Made by a program: the position numbers and the translations under genes. 64,000 bases of DNA from an uncultured Acidobacteriota bacterium (GTDB taxonomy: Bacteria > Acidobacteriota > Thermoanaerobaculia > Multivoradales > UBA5704), in assembly GCA_963770895.1 (NCBI GenBank), contig CAVYRF010000002.1:3008001-3072000 (forward strand). Direction: 5' to 3'. Under the pieces are notes generated by a model. That model searched no databases and was not told the DNA's origin. It worked only from the letters and a program-made list of their open reading frames with translations. Positions within the stretch are counted from its first letter, which is position 1; each line of letters begins with the position of its first letter. This document shows, one piece after another, positions 38,770-46,969 of the stretch.

Positions 38770-40275
38770 GTGAGCAAGCCCCGATCCAACCGCGGCCGGC
38801 GCCCCCCCGCCGCCGCCGGTCCCGCCGCCTCGGCGTCGAGGCGCCGCCAGACGGTGGCCGGCGCCGTCGCCGCGATGCCCGCGGTGCCCTGGAAGGCGCT
38901 GGCGCCGACCGGAAAGGCGGCGGTGGCGCTGCTCTGGCTGCTGGTGCTGGTGCCCGCCTGGTGGTATTCGCCGGCGGCCAAGGATGCGTTCCGGTTGCCC
39001 AAGCTGATGCTGGCCGAGTGGCTGGGCCTTGCGTCGCTTTTGCCGCTGGCCTGGCAGCTGTCGCGCGTGCCGCGGATCGGGTGGCGCGACCTGTGGCGAT
39101 GGCCGGCGGTGCGCGCCGTGGTGCCGCTCCTGGCGATCGCGACCCTGGGGCTGGCGACCAGCGCCCACGCCCTGCACGTGCGGCAGGGGCTGATCGACCT
39201 TTGGATCGGCGCGGCGTGCCTGGTGGGGTGGAGCGTGGCGCTGCCGGCCGGCCGGCTGGGACGCCTGCTCGGCCTGCTGCTGGTGCCCGCGATCGCCCTG
39301 GCCGTGCTGGGCATCCTGCAGTTCCACGGCGTGCTGCACGCGCCGGTCGGCGGCATGCACGGGACGGCGCCGCGCTTCAGCGTGATCTCGCGGGCAGGCA
39401 ATCCTGGCGACCTGGGCGCTTTCCTGGTGCTCCCCTGCCTGGTCGCGCAGTGGCTGCTGGCGCGGGCGCCGCGGCGGCGGGGGTGGCTGCTGGCGGCGCT
39501 GGCGATCTGTGCCTACGGCGTGGCGATCACCCAGACGGTCGCCGCGCTGTCGGCGCTGCTGGTCGGCAGCCTGGTGCTGTGGGGCGCCGCCCTGGGACGC
39601 GGCGTCGCCGCCGGCCAGCGCGCCAGGATCGCCGGGGCCGTGGTGGCGCTCGGCCTGGTCGCCGCCCTGGCCGCCGCCGCGGTGCCGGCGCTGCGCCAGC
39701 GCGTGGCGGACAAGCTGGCCGCGGCGCGGCACGGAGACTGGAACGACGTGCTGACCGGGCGGGTGGACGGTTGGCGGGCGGCCCTGTGGATGCTCGGCCA
39801 GCACCCCTGGAGCGGGGTCGGCCAGGGCGCTTTCCGCGCCGAGTTCGCGCCCGCCAAGCTGGCCCTGCTGGACCGCGGCGCCAGGCCGTTCTACTCGGGC
39901 CAGCAGCAGAGCTTCGTCAACGCCCACGACGAGGCGCTGGAGGTTGGCGCCGACCTGGGCTGGCCGGGCCTGGTCGCGCTCGCCTGGGCGCTCTGGGTCC
40001 TGGCGGCGGCGGTGCGTGCCGGCGATGCCCGCGATGCCAGCAATGGGGGCGATGGCGGTGTCGAGCGGTCCGACCCCACGGCTGGCCAGGCGCCCGGCGA
40101 GCGGGCGGCGCGGGCGGATGCCGCCCTGGCCATGGCGGGGACGGCGGCGCTCGGCGTGCTGGCGCTGGTCGACTTCCCGTTCCGCATCGCGCTGGTGGCG
40201 TTCCCGGCCCTGCTGCTCCTCGCCTGGGTGCTGGCGCGGGCCGGCGCCGCCGTCGCGGCGGAGGGTGGCGCGTGA
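38770..40275 (+). CDS. O-antigen ligase (Wzy_C) family membrane protein
   Basis: DAFRLPK; GNPGDLG; GR...W; GVGQGAF; NAHDEALE; FPFR. Confidence 0.85.
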   Translation: MSKPRSNRGRRPPAAAGPAASASRRRQTVAGAVAAMPAVPWKALAPTGKAAVALLWLLVLVPAWWYSPAAKDAFRLPKLMLAEWLGLASLLPLAWQLSRVPRIGWRDLWRWPAVRAVVPLLAIATLGLATSAHALHVRQGLIDLWIGAACLVGWSVALPAGRLGRLLGLLLVPAIALAVLGILQFHGVLHAPVGGMHGTAPRFSVISRAGNPGDLGAFLVLPCLVAQWLLARAPRRRGWLLAALAICAYGVAITQTVAALSALLVGSLVLWGAALGRGVAAGQRARIAGAVVALGLVAALAAAAVPALRQRVADKLAAARHGDWNDVLTGRVDGWRAALWMLGQHPWSGVGQGAFRAEFAPAKLALLDRGARPFYSGQQQSFVNAHDEALEVGADLGWPGLVALAWALWVLAAAVRAGDARDASNGGDGGVERSDPTAGQAPGERAARADAALAMAGTAALGVLALVDFPFRIALVAFPALLLLAWVLARAGAAVAAEGGA

Positions 40276-40724
40276 AGGGGCGGCCGCTGGCGGTGGCGTT
40301 GATCGTCGTGCTGGCGGTGGCGCTCGGCGCCCAGAGCGTGCGCTGGCGCGACCGGCTGCTGGCCAGCGAGCTGGTCAACGAGGTGGAGGTGATCTCGGTC
40401 AGCGCCGCCACCCGCGGCTCGGCGACGCTCGAGCGGGTGCTGCCCGGCGTGCTGGCGGCGTTGCGGCGCGCCGGCGACGCCGATCCGCTGGACGTGGAGG
40501 TGCCGCTGGCGCGCGGCTCGCTGTACTACCTGCTGCGGCGTCCCGACGAGGCGATCGCCAGCTACCAGAGCGCCGCGGAGCTGGAACCGCACGCCGAGAT
40601 CCTGCTGCACCTGGGCGACGCCCTGCTCGCCGCCGGGCGCCAGGACGAAGCCCGCCGCAGCTATCGCGACGCGCTTCGCCTGGCCCCCTGGCTGTGGCCG
40701 CTGGTGCCTGCCGGGGAGCGGTAG
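40272..40724 (+). CDS. Membrane-anchored TPR protein
   Basis: GTGA-coupled to ligase; N-terminal TM; TPRs (RGSLYYLL..PDEAIASY, HLGDALLAAG..DEARRSY..AL). Confidence 0.75.
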   Translation: MKGRPLAVALIVVLAVALGAQSVRWRDRLLASELVNEVEVISVSAATRGSATLERVLPGVLAALRRAGDADPLDVEVPLARGSLYYLLRRPDEAIASYQSAAELEPHAEILLHLGDALLAAGRQDEARRSYRDALRLAPWLWPLVPAGER

Positions 40725-40758
40725 CGTCCCGCTCGCCGCCCCCCGGCAAGCGACCTGG

Positions 40759-40947
40759 CTACCAGGGCGACGGCTCAGGGTCCGACAGGTGCCATGGCAC
40801 CGGGGGCGGATTGGAGGTCTTCCAGGGCGAGGGTTCGGGATTGAGCCGGATCGGCCCGATCGGCAGCCACGGCGACGGCTGAGGGCCGCTGCCGCGGACG
40901 GCGCGCAGCGCCTGGCCGGGCGCTGTCGAACGGTGAATCTTCTTCAT
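40759..40947 (-). CDS. Putative multi-core precursor peptide with four PxPxPW repeats (62 aa)
   Basis: RBS aaaaggag; MKKIHRSTAPGQALRAVRGS-GPQPSPW-LPIGPIRL-NPEPSPW-KTS-NPPPVPW-HLS-DPEPSPW. Confidence 0.72.
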   Translation of the reverse strand: MKKIHRSTAPGQALRAVRGSGPQPSPWLPIGPIRLNPEPSPWKTSNPPPVPWHLSDPEPSPW

Positions 40948-41087
40948 TGCGTCTCCTTTTCCTGAAGTACGGCACACAAGATAGAAGCATGTGCATTTGA
41001 GCGCGCAATGCGTGACCGCGCTCCCGCGAGACGTCCCCCCTGCTTCTGGTAGCATGGCGGCGGCAGCCATGCCTGCCTGGCCGGGCC

Positions 41088-41525
41088 ATGACCCCTTCCT
41101 CCAACCAAACCGCCGCGGATGACCCCGGCACGCGCGTCGCGGCGGCGTTGCGCGACATGGCGCGCCAGCAGCCGATCGTGCTGGCCGTCAGCGGCGACTG
41201 CATGGCGCCGGTGCTGCGCCACGGCGACCGCGTGCAGGTGGCGCCGGCGCGCCGCTACTGGCCGGGCGACATCGTGGCGCTGCCGACGGCGCAGGGGCGG
41301 GTGGCGGTGCACCGGTTGCTCGGCTACCGGCTGGCCGCGGGGCGCTGGCTGTGCGTGACGCGCGGCGACCTGTGCGCCAGCCCCGACGCGCCGCTGCCGG
41401 CGCGGCTGCTGCTGGGGCGGGCCAGCGTGCGCCCGTCGCTCGCCGCGCGGGTCCGGGCCGTCGCGGCGTTCGCCGCTCTCGCGTTTGCCGCCGCCCGGCG
41501 CCGGGCGGCGGGTCGCCCGGCGTGA
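41088..41525 (+). CDS. S24/S26 family peptidase-like protein
   Basis: VSGDCMAPVLRHGDRV (GxSM-like with Cys at the nucleophile position); GDIV; HR; TRGD. Confidence 0.75.
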   Translation: MTPSSNQTAADDPGTRVAAALRDMARQQPIVLAVSGDCMAPVLRHGDRVQVAPARRYWPGDIVALPTAQGRVAVHRLLGYRLAAGRWLCVTRGDLCASPDAPLPARLLLGRASVRPSLAARVRAVAAFAALAFAAARRRAAGRPA

Positions 41526-42445
41526 GCTTCGGCGCCAAATACCTGCGGCGTCCCGATCGCTTCCCGCACGTCGAGGACAGCGAGCCGTGGGGCGAATGCC
41601 AGGTGGCGCTCGACCTGCCGGGCGGTCCCTACCACTTCACCGGTCTTTCGGCGGCGCAGCTGGATGGCGTGCGGGCGGCGTTCCCCGGCGCCGTCGCGGC
41701 GGGTGCTGCCGCCGGCGCGACGGCCCCCTGCCGGCTGCTGCGTGCCGCCGCCGGCGACTTCCTGCCGGTCGACACGCGCGGCTGGGAGTACGCCATGGAT
41801 GCCGACTGGCAGCCCCAGGCGGTGCGGTTCGCGGGGCTGGGGCTGCTGGCGCGGCTGGATTGGAAGCCGGGCTTGACGGGCGGCGCGCTGTGGACCTGCG
41901 AGGACGGCGGCGCGCGCTTTCCGGGCGTGTTCGAAAACTTCCTGCGCATCCTGGTCGCCTACCGCCTGGTGGAGATCGGCGGTGTCGTGCTGCACAGCGC
42001 GGGGGTGGTCAAGAACGGCGCGGCGTTCCTGTTTCTGGGGCGCTCCGGCGCCGGCAAGACCACCATTTCGCGGCTCAGCCTGGCGCGCGGCGGCGAGGTG
42101 CTGAGCGACGACCTCAACGCCCTGTTCCCCGCCCCCGGCGGCTGCGAGGTGCGCCAGCTGCCCTTCACCGGCGACCTGGGGGAGCGCGGCGCGGTGCGGC
42201 GGGCGGTGCCCCTGGGCGCGCTGGTGCGGCTCGAGCAGGACACCCTGGACGCGGTGTCGCCGCTGCCGCGGGCGCGCGCGCTGGCCTGCCTGCTGGCCTG
42301 CTCGCCGTTCGTCAACGTCGATCCCTACCGGCGCGATCGCCTGGAGGGAGCCCTGCTCGCCCTGCTCGCCGCCGCCCGCCGCCCGGCGCTCGCGCTGCGC
42401 TTCTCGTTGGGCGGTGGCTTCTGGTCTATAATCGACGCAAAATGA
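41522..42445 (+). CDS. HPr-kinase-related P-loop protein
   Basis: LHSAGVV..GAAFLFLGRSGAGKTT; VLSDDL; PFTG; GTGA-coupled. Confidence 0.75.
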   Translation: MSFGAKYLRRPDRFPHVEDSEPWGECQVALDLPGGPYHFTGLSAAQLDGVRAAFPGAVAAGAAAGATAPCRLLRAAAGDFLPVDTRGWEYAMDADWQPQAVRFAGLGLLARLDWKPGLTGGALWTCEDGGARFPGVFENFLRILVAYRLVEIGGVVLHSAGVVKNGAAFLFLGRSGAGKTTISRLSLARGGEVLSDDLNALFPAPGGCEVRQLPFTGDLGERGAVRRAVPLGALVRLEQDTLDAVSPLPRARALACLLACSPFVNVDPYRRDRLEGALLALLAAARRPALALRFSLGGGFWSIIDAK

Positions 42446-42819
42446 AGCAGATCGAAGGTTTAGGCTTGCAACCCGACAGCGTTCTCCAGCGCTCGGGCGA
42501 TGTGCGCTTTCGCGTCGTCGACGACGAAGGGGTGGTGGTGCGCCAGGCGGCGGGCGAAGTGCTGGTGCTCAACGCCATGGCAACCCGCATCCTGGCCCTT
42601 GCCGACGGCGTCGCGCCGGTCGACGCGTGGGTCCAGGCCCTGCTCGCCGAGTACGACGTGGACCGTCAGGTGCTGCAACGGGACGTGCTCGCCTTTGCCG
42701 CGGAGCTGCTGGAGGAGGGCATGCTGGAACCCGCCGCCGCCCCCGCCAGCCCGCCGCCTGCGACAATGGCGACGGCGCCCGGTGCCGGGGCAGGCCCGAC
42801 GCATAAGGACGGCGCATGA
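42442..42819 (+). CDS. PqqD-family RiPP recognition element
   Basis: FRVVDDEGVVV..VLNAMATRIL.LADG..LLAEYDVD..LQRDV..F..EL...GML; ATGA-coupled on both sides. Confidence 0.9.
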   Translation: MKQIEGLGLQPDSVLQRSGDVRFRVVDDEGVVVRQAAGEVLVLNAMATRILALADGVAPVDAWVQALLAEYDVDRQVLQRDVLAFAAELLEEGMLEPAAAPASPPPATMATAPGAGAGPTHKDGA

Positions 42820-43949
42820 GCTTTCAAGACGTGCTGCAGCGCACCTGGACCGGCAACCACCTGTTTTCGGTTCTGGTGGAGCTGACCTATCGCTGCAACC
42901 TCGACTGCTTCTTCTGCTACAACGACCTGGCACAGCGCGGCAAGCCGCTGTCGGCGGCACAATATTGCTCATTCTTCGCCGACCTGCGCGATCTGCAGGT
43001 GCTCAACCTCACCCTCACCGGCGGTGAGCCGCTGGCGCATCCGGACTTTCTACAGCTGGGCGCCAAGGCGCGCGAGCTGGGCTTCGTGGTGCGCATCAAG
43101 TCGAACGGTCATTCGCTGCGCGGCGCCATGGCGCGCCGCATCCGCGACCAGGTCGATCCCTTTCTGATCGAAGTCAGCCTGCATGGCGCGACGGCGGCGA
43201 CGCACGACCGCCAGACGCGGGTGCCGGGGAGCTTCGATCGATTGCTGGCCAACCTGCGCGCGGCGCGGCGCCTGGGGCTGCGCCTCAAGATCAACTCCAC
43301 GATGACGGCGTGGAACGAGCACGAAGTCGAAGGCATGCTGGCGCTGGCCGACGATCTGGGGCTGCCGCTGCAAATAGATCCCGAGGTGACGCAGCGCGAC
43401 GACGGCGGCCGCGAGCCGCTGGCGATCACCGCGTCCCACGCCGGCGTGCAGCGCCTGTTCGAGCTGCTGGCGGCCAGGGCCGAGGGCGCCGCGGTCCAGG
43501 ACGCCTCCGGCGCAACGTCCCCCGCGCCCAGGCCGGCGGGCGCTCCGGTCGAGCTCATGCGCCAGGCCGACGACGGGTTGCCGACGGGCGGGGTCGACAA
43601 GCACTGCGGCGCCGGTTCCTCGGGCATCGCCGTCGATCCGTTCGGCAACGTCTACCCCTGCGTGCAGTGGCGGCGGCCGGTCGGCAATCTCCATGAGCGC
43701 TCGATCCGCGACATCTGGGCCAGCTCAGCCGGCCTGGACCAGGTGCGCGCCTTGACGGTTGCCGCCAAGCAGCGGGTCGACGAATTTGGCGAGGGGGGGG
43801 CGCTGCTGGCGTTCTGTCCGGGCAACGCCGCGGCGTTGACCGGCGATCCGCTGCAAATCTATCCGGGGGCGCTGCGCCGGATGGAGATCGCCTCCGCGGC
43901 GCAACAGGCGATCAAAGCCAGACGGGCGCTGCTGCCGATCCTGCGCTGA
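42816..43949 (+). CDS. Radical SAM protein with SPASM/Twitch-type C-terminal domain
   Basis: CNLDCFFC; LTGGEP; SNG; CGAG..AVDPFGNVYPC; GNL; FCPG. Confidence 0.93.
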   Translation: MSFQDVLQRTWTGNHLFSVLVELTYRCNLDCFFCYNDLAQRGKPLSAAQYCSFFADLRDLQVLNLTLTGGEPLAHPDFLQLGAKARELGFVVRIKSNGHSLRGAMARRIRDQVDPFLIEVSLHGATAATHDRQTRVPGSFDRLLANLRAARRLGLRLKINSTMTAWNEHEVEGMLALADDLGLPLQIDPEVTQRDDGGREPLAITASHAGVQRLFELLAARAEGAAVQDASGATSPAPRPAGAPVELMRQADDGLPTGGVDKHCGAGSSGIAVDPFGNVYPCVQWRRPVGNLHERSIRDIWASSAGLDQVRALTVAAKQRVDEFGEGGALLAFCPGNAAALTGDPLQIYPGALRRMEIASAAQQAIKARRALLPILR

Positions 43950-43981
43950 CCGGCGGCGCAGCAGCAGGGTCTGGCTGCACT

Positions 43982-44158
43982 TCAGGACGAAATAGGGCCG
44001 GTGGGGCAGTGGCCGCGGTCCGCCTTGGCCGGCGGCGACGGGCTGCAGATGGACGCCATGGCCTCCAACGGCTCGCGAAACAGGATGCGCGGCGGAGCAT
44101 AGGGACGGCGCGCGCTGGTCCCGTCGGTCTCCGCTGCCGGGTGCTGTCTGGAGATCAT
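43982..44158 (-). CDS. Putative RiPP precursor with YxxP leader (58 aa)
   Basis: Purine-rich RBS aaggggaag; MISRQHPAAETDGTSARRPYAPPRILFREPLEAMASICSPSPPAKADRGHCPTGPISS; adjacent to rSAM/PqqD. Confidence 0.78.
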   Translation of the reverse strand: MISRQHPAAETDGTSARRPYAPPRILFREPLEAMASICSPSPPAKADRGHCPTGPISS

Positions 44159-44433
44159 CTGTTGCTTCCCCTTCGCTCGCTCTCGGGCGATGTCAATAGC
44201 GCGCCACCTTGACGAAACTGGTTTGGTCCCGGAGCCTGCGCGGACCATTATATGTCATATGTGCCGTCCATGCAGCCACTTTCAGGTCCATGGCCGATGC
44301 ATGCAAAAATGCAATATTAACGATCTTTTGTGTCGCCGCGCCGGCGCGCGGTCACCACCAGTACGCGGCAGCGCCGCGCCGCGGATGGCGCCCGGGCGGG
44401 AGCTTGACCGCTGCGCTGCGATCACGCCGCACC

Positions 44434-45846
44434 TCAGACGCCGCGCGACGACAGGACGATCCGCACCGTGCGCAGCAAGATCGAAAGGTCGAGCCATAGC
44501 GTCCAATTGGCGGCGTACGCCAGGTCGTAGCGCAGCTTGTTCTGCGGGCTTGAGTGGTATTCGCCGTTGACCTGCGCCAGACCGGTGAGCCCCGGCGCGA
44601 GCGAAAAGCGCTCGGCGTAGCCGGGGATCTCCTTGACATAGCGCTGCACGAACCCGGGCCGCTCGGGGCGCGGCCCCACCAGGCTCATGCTGCCCGCCAG
44701 GACGTTCCACAGCTGCGGGATCTCGTCCAGGCGGAAGCGCCGCAACAAGGCGCCGCAGGGGGTGAGCCGCGGATCGCCGGGTTGCGCCAGCACCTCGCCG
44801 GAGTCGGCTTCGGCGTCGATGCGCATCGTCCGCAGCTTGAGCAGGGTGAAGGGGCGCTGGCCGCGGCCGACACGCACCTGGGCGTACACCACCGGCCCCG
44901 GCGAGGTGAGCCGCACCGCCAGCGCACAGGCGGCCAGCACGGGGACGGCGGCGGCCAGCAGCAACCCCCCCGCCGTCAGGTCGAGCAGGCGCTTGAGCGG
45001 CCAGTTGATCCGCCACTCCGATTCGCGCACCACCTCGATCAGCGGCAGGTCGTGCACCCAGCGGTAGCGCATGCGGCCGATGAGGCTTTCGAAGGGCCCC
45101 GGCAGCAGCAATACGTTGGTGTGATCGGGCCGCGTTCCGGCCAGGGCGTCGATCAGCCGCGTCTGCCACGAGTCGCCGCTGTCGGCAAGGATGATGTCTT
45201 CGACGATGCCCGCGGCCAGCAGGTTGGGCAGGTCGTCCGCCGTTCCCAAAAGCGGTCCCAGGGCAGGCTCGACGGGATCGACAGCGGCGCGAGCGGCCGC
45301 CGGCGGCTGGCCCGGCAGCGGCACGAAGCCGGCGACGGTGAGCCCGTGCCAGCGGTACTTGGCCAGGGTGCGGGCGATCTCGCCGGCCGCCTGCCCGTCG
45401 CCGACGATCGCGACCCGCCGTTCGCGCAGCTGGCTGCTGCGGTCGATGACGCTGCGCCAGAGCAACAGCGCCGCCAGGTCGAACAGCACGTACAGCAGCA
45501 GCACCGAGCGCGGGAAGCTGCGGAAGGTAAAAAAGAAGTAGCCGGTGAGCGCGGCGCCCTGGATCGCCGCGGCGCCGGCGAGCAGGCGCAGCGCCTCGGT
45601 GCGTGAGCGCGGGTGCGGCCTGTCGTAGAAACCGAAAAAGTAGAGGCTGGCGAACTGCGCCAGCAGCGCGACCCCCCAGTCGCGGCGCAGGAACAGCAAC
45701 CGGTCGCCGGGCAGCAGCCCGGCGGTGAACGGCAGCGGCAGGTGGATGCGGACCCAGAACGCGGCGCCAAACGCCGCGGCCGTGGCCGCCGCGTCGCCGA
45801 TCGCGCGCAGGACCTGCTTGCCGCGGCTTTCTCGCCGCAGGCTCAT
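44434..45846 (-). CDS. Priming undecaprenyl-phosphate sugar phosphotransferase (WcaJ/WbaP family)
   Basis: LKRLLD; KLRTM; DPRLT; RLDEIPQLWNVL.GSMSLVGPRPE; PGLTGLAQV. Confidence 0.95.
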   Translation of the reverse strand: MSLRRESRGKQVLRAIGDAAATAAAFGAAFWVRIHLPLPFTAGLLPGDRLLFLRRDWGVALLAQFASLYFFGFYDRPHPRSRTEALRLLAGAAAIQGAALTGYFFFTFRSFPRSVLLLYVLFDLAALLLWRSVIDRSSQLRERRVAIVGDGQAAGEIARTLAKYRWHGLTVAGFVPLPGQPPAAARAAVDPVEPALGPLLGTADDLPNLLAAGIVEDIILADSGDSWQTRLIDALAGTRPDHTNVLLLPGPFESLIGRMRYRWVHDLPLIEVVRESEWRINWPLKRLLDLTAGGLLLAAAVPVLAACALAVRLTSPGPVVYAQVRVGRGQRPFTLLKLRTMRIDAEADSGEVLAQPGDPRLTPCGALLRRFRLDEIPQLWNVLAGSMSLVGPRPERPGFVQRYVKEIPGYAERFSLAPGLTGLAQVNGEYHSSPQNKLRYDLAYAANWTLWLDLSILLRTVRIVLSSRGV

Positions 45847-45975
45847 CGGCGCCGACCTTTGCCCATTGGCACAACTCTATCCGATCTCGCCGCTTGACCC
45901 TGGCGGCGGTGCGCAGTAGTCTGCCCCCGCAACCGCCTGTCTGGCCGTGCCGCCTGCCTTCCAGCACTTCGAACG

Positions 45976-46926
45976 ATGAAAGTCATCGACCACCTGGCGC
46001 GATCGCAGCGCCCGCTGATCAGCTTCGAGATCATCCCGCCGCTGCGCGGCGGCAACGTGCGGCCGCTGCTGGCCCTGGTCGACGACCTGGTGAAGTACCG
46101 GCCGCCGTTCATCGACATCACCAGCCATGCGGCGGAGGTGATCTACGAAGAAACGCCCAAGGGTATCCAGCGCCGGGTCAAGCGCAAGCGGCCGGGCACC
46201 CTGGGGGTGTGCGCGCTGCTGCAGAACAAATACCAGATCGACGCCGTGCCGCACATCCTCTGCCAGGGGTTTTCCCGCGAGGAGACCGAGGACTTTCTGA
46301 TCGAGCTCAAGTACCTGGGCATCGACAACGTCCTGGCGGTGCGCGGCGACGACAGCGGCTACGAGAAGCCGCTGCATCACGGCCGCAGCGCCAACCATTT
46401 TGCCTGCGACCTGGTGGCGCAGATCGCGGCGATGAATCAGGGCCGCTACCTGGAAGAGGACCTGATGGACGCCGAGCCTTCCGACTTCTGCGTCGGCGTC
46501 GGCGGCTATCCCGAAAAGCACTTCGAAGCGCCCAACCTGCGCCTGGACGCGCGGCGGGTCAAGGAGAAGCTGGACGCCGGCGGCCACTACGTGGTCACCC
46601 AGATGTTTTTCGACAATCAGTATTTCTTTCGCTTCGTCGAGCTCTGCCGCGAGCTCGGCGTGACGGCGCCGATCATCCCCGGCCTCAAGGTGCTCAGCGC
46701 GCACAAACAGCTGTCCACCCTGCCGAGCAACTTCCACGTCGAGATCCCCGCCGCCCTGTCGGACGAAGTGATGGCGGCGCCGCCCGAACGCACCCTGGAC
46801 ATCGGCGTCGAATGGGCGCGCCGGCAGGTCGAGGAGCTGCTGTCGCGCGGCGTGCCCTCGGTGCACTTCTACGTCATGCAGAGCGCCACCGCGATCAAGC
46901 GGCTGCTGGACAAGATCGACCTGTGA
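45976..46926 (+). CDS. metF: Methylenetetrahydrofolate reductase
   Basis: SFEIIPP; RKRPGT; PHILC; AVRGD; GYPEKH; TQMFFDN; IIPG; HFY. Confidence 0.93.
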   Translation: MKVIDHLARSQRPLISFEIIPPLRGGNVRPLLALVDDLVKYRPPFIDITSHAAEVIYEETPKGIQRRVKRKRPGTLGVCALLQNKYQIDAVPHILCQGFSREETEDFLIELKYLGIDNVLAVRGDDSGYEKPLHHGRSANHFACDLVAQIAAMNQGRYLEEDLMDAEPSDFCVGVGGYPEKHFEAPNLRLDARRVKEKLDAGGHYVVTQMFFDNQYFFRFVELCRELGVTAPIIPGLKVLSAHKQLSTLPSNFHVEIPAALSDEVMAAPPERTLDIGVEWARRQVEELLSRGVPSVHFYVMQSATAIKRLLDKIDL

Positions 46927-46969
46927 TCGGCGGGCGCCCGCGCGCTCGCTCGTCCGCTGACAGGATTCG

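Noticed and set aside
40759-40890. Short DNA repeats as a CRISPR array
   Set aside because: Repeats are degenerate, codon-phased and irregularly spaced; no cas genes.
40965-45880. Recurrent ggcaca motifs upstream of peptide genes and the sugar transferase as sigma54 promoters
   Set aside because: The -12 TTGC element is missing at the required spacing and orientations are inconsistent.
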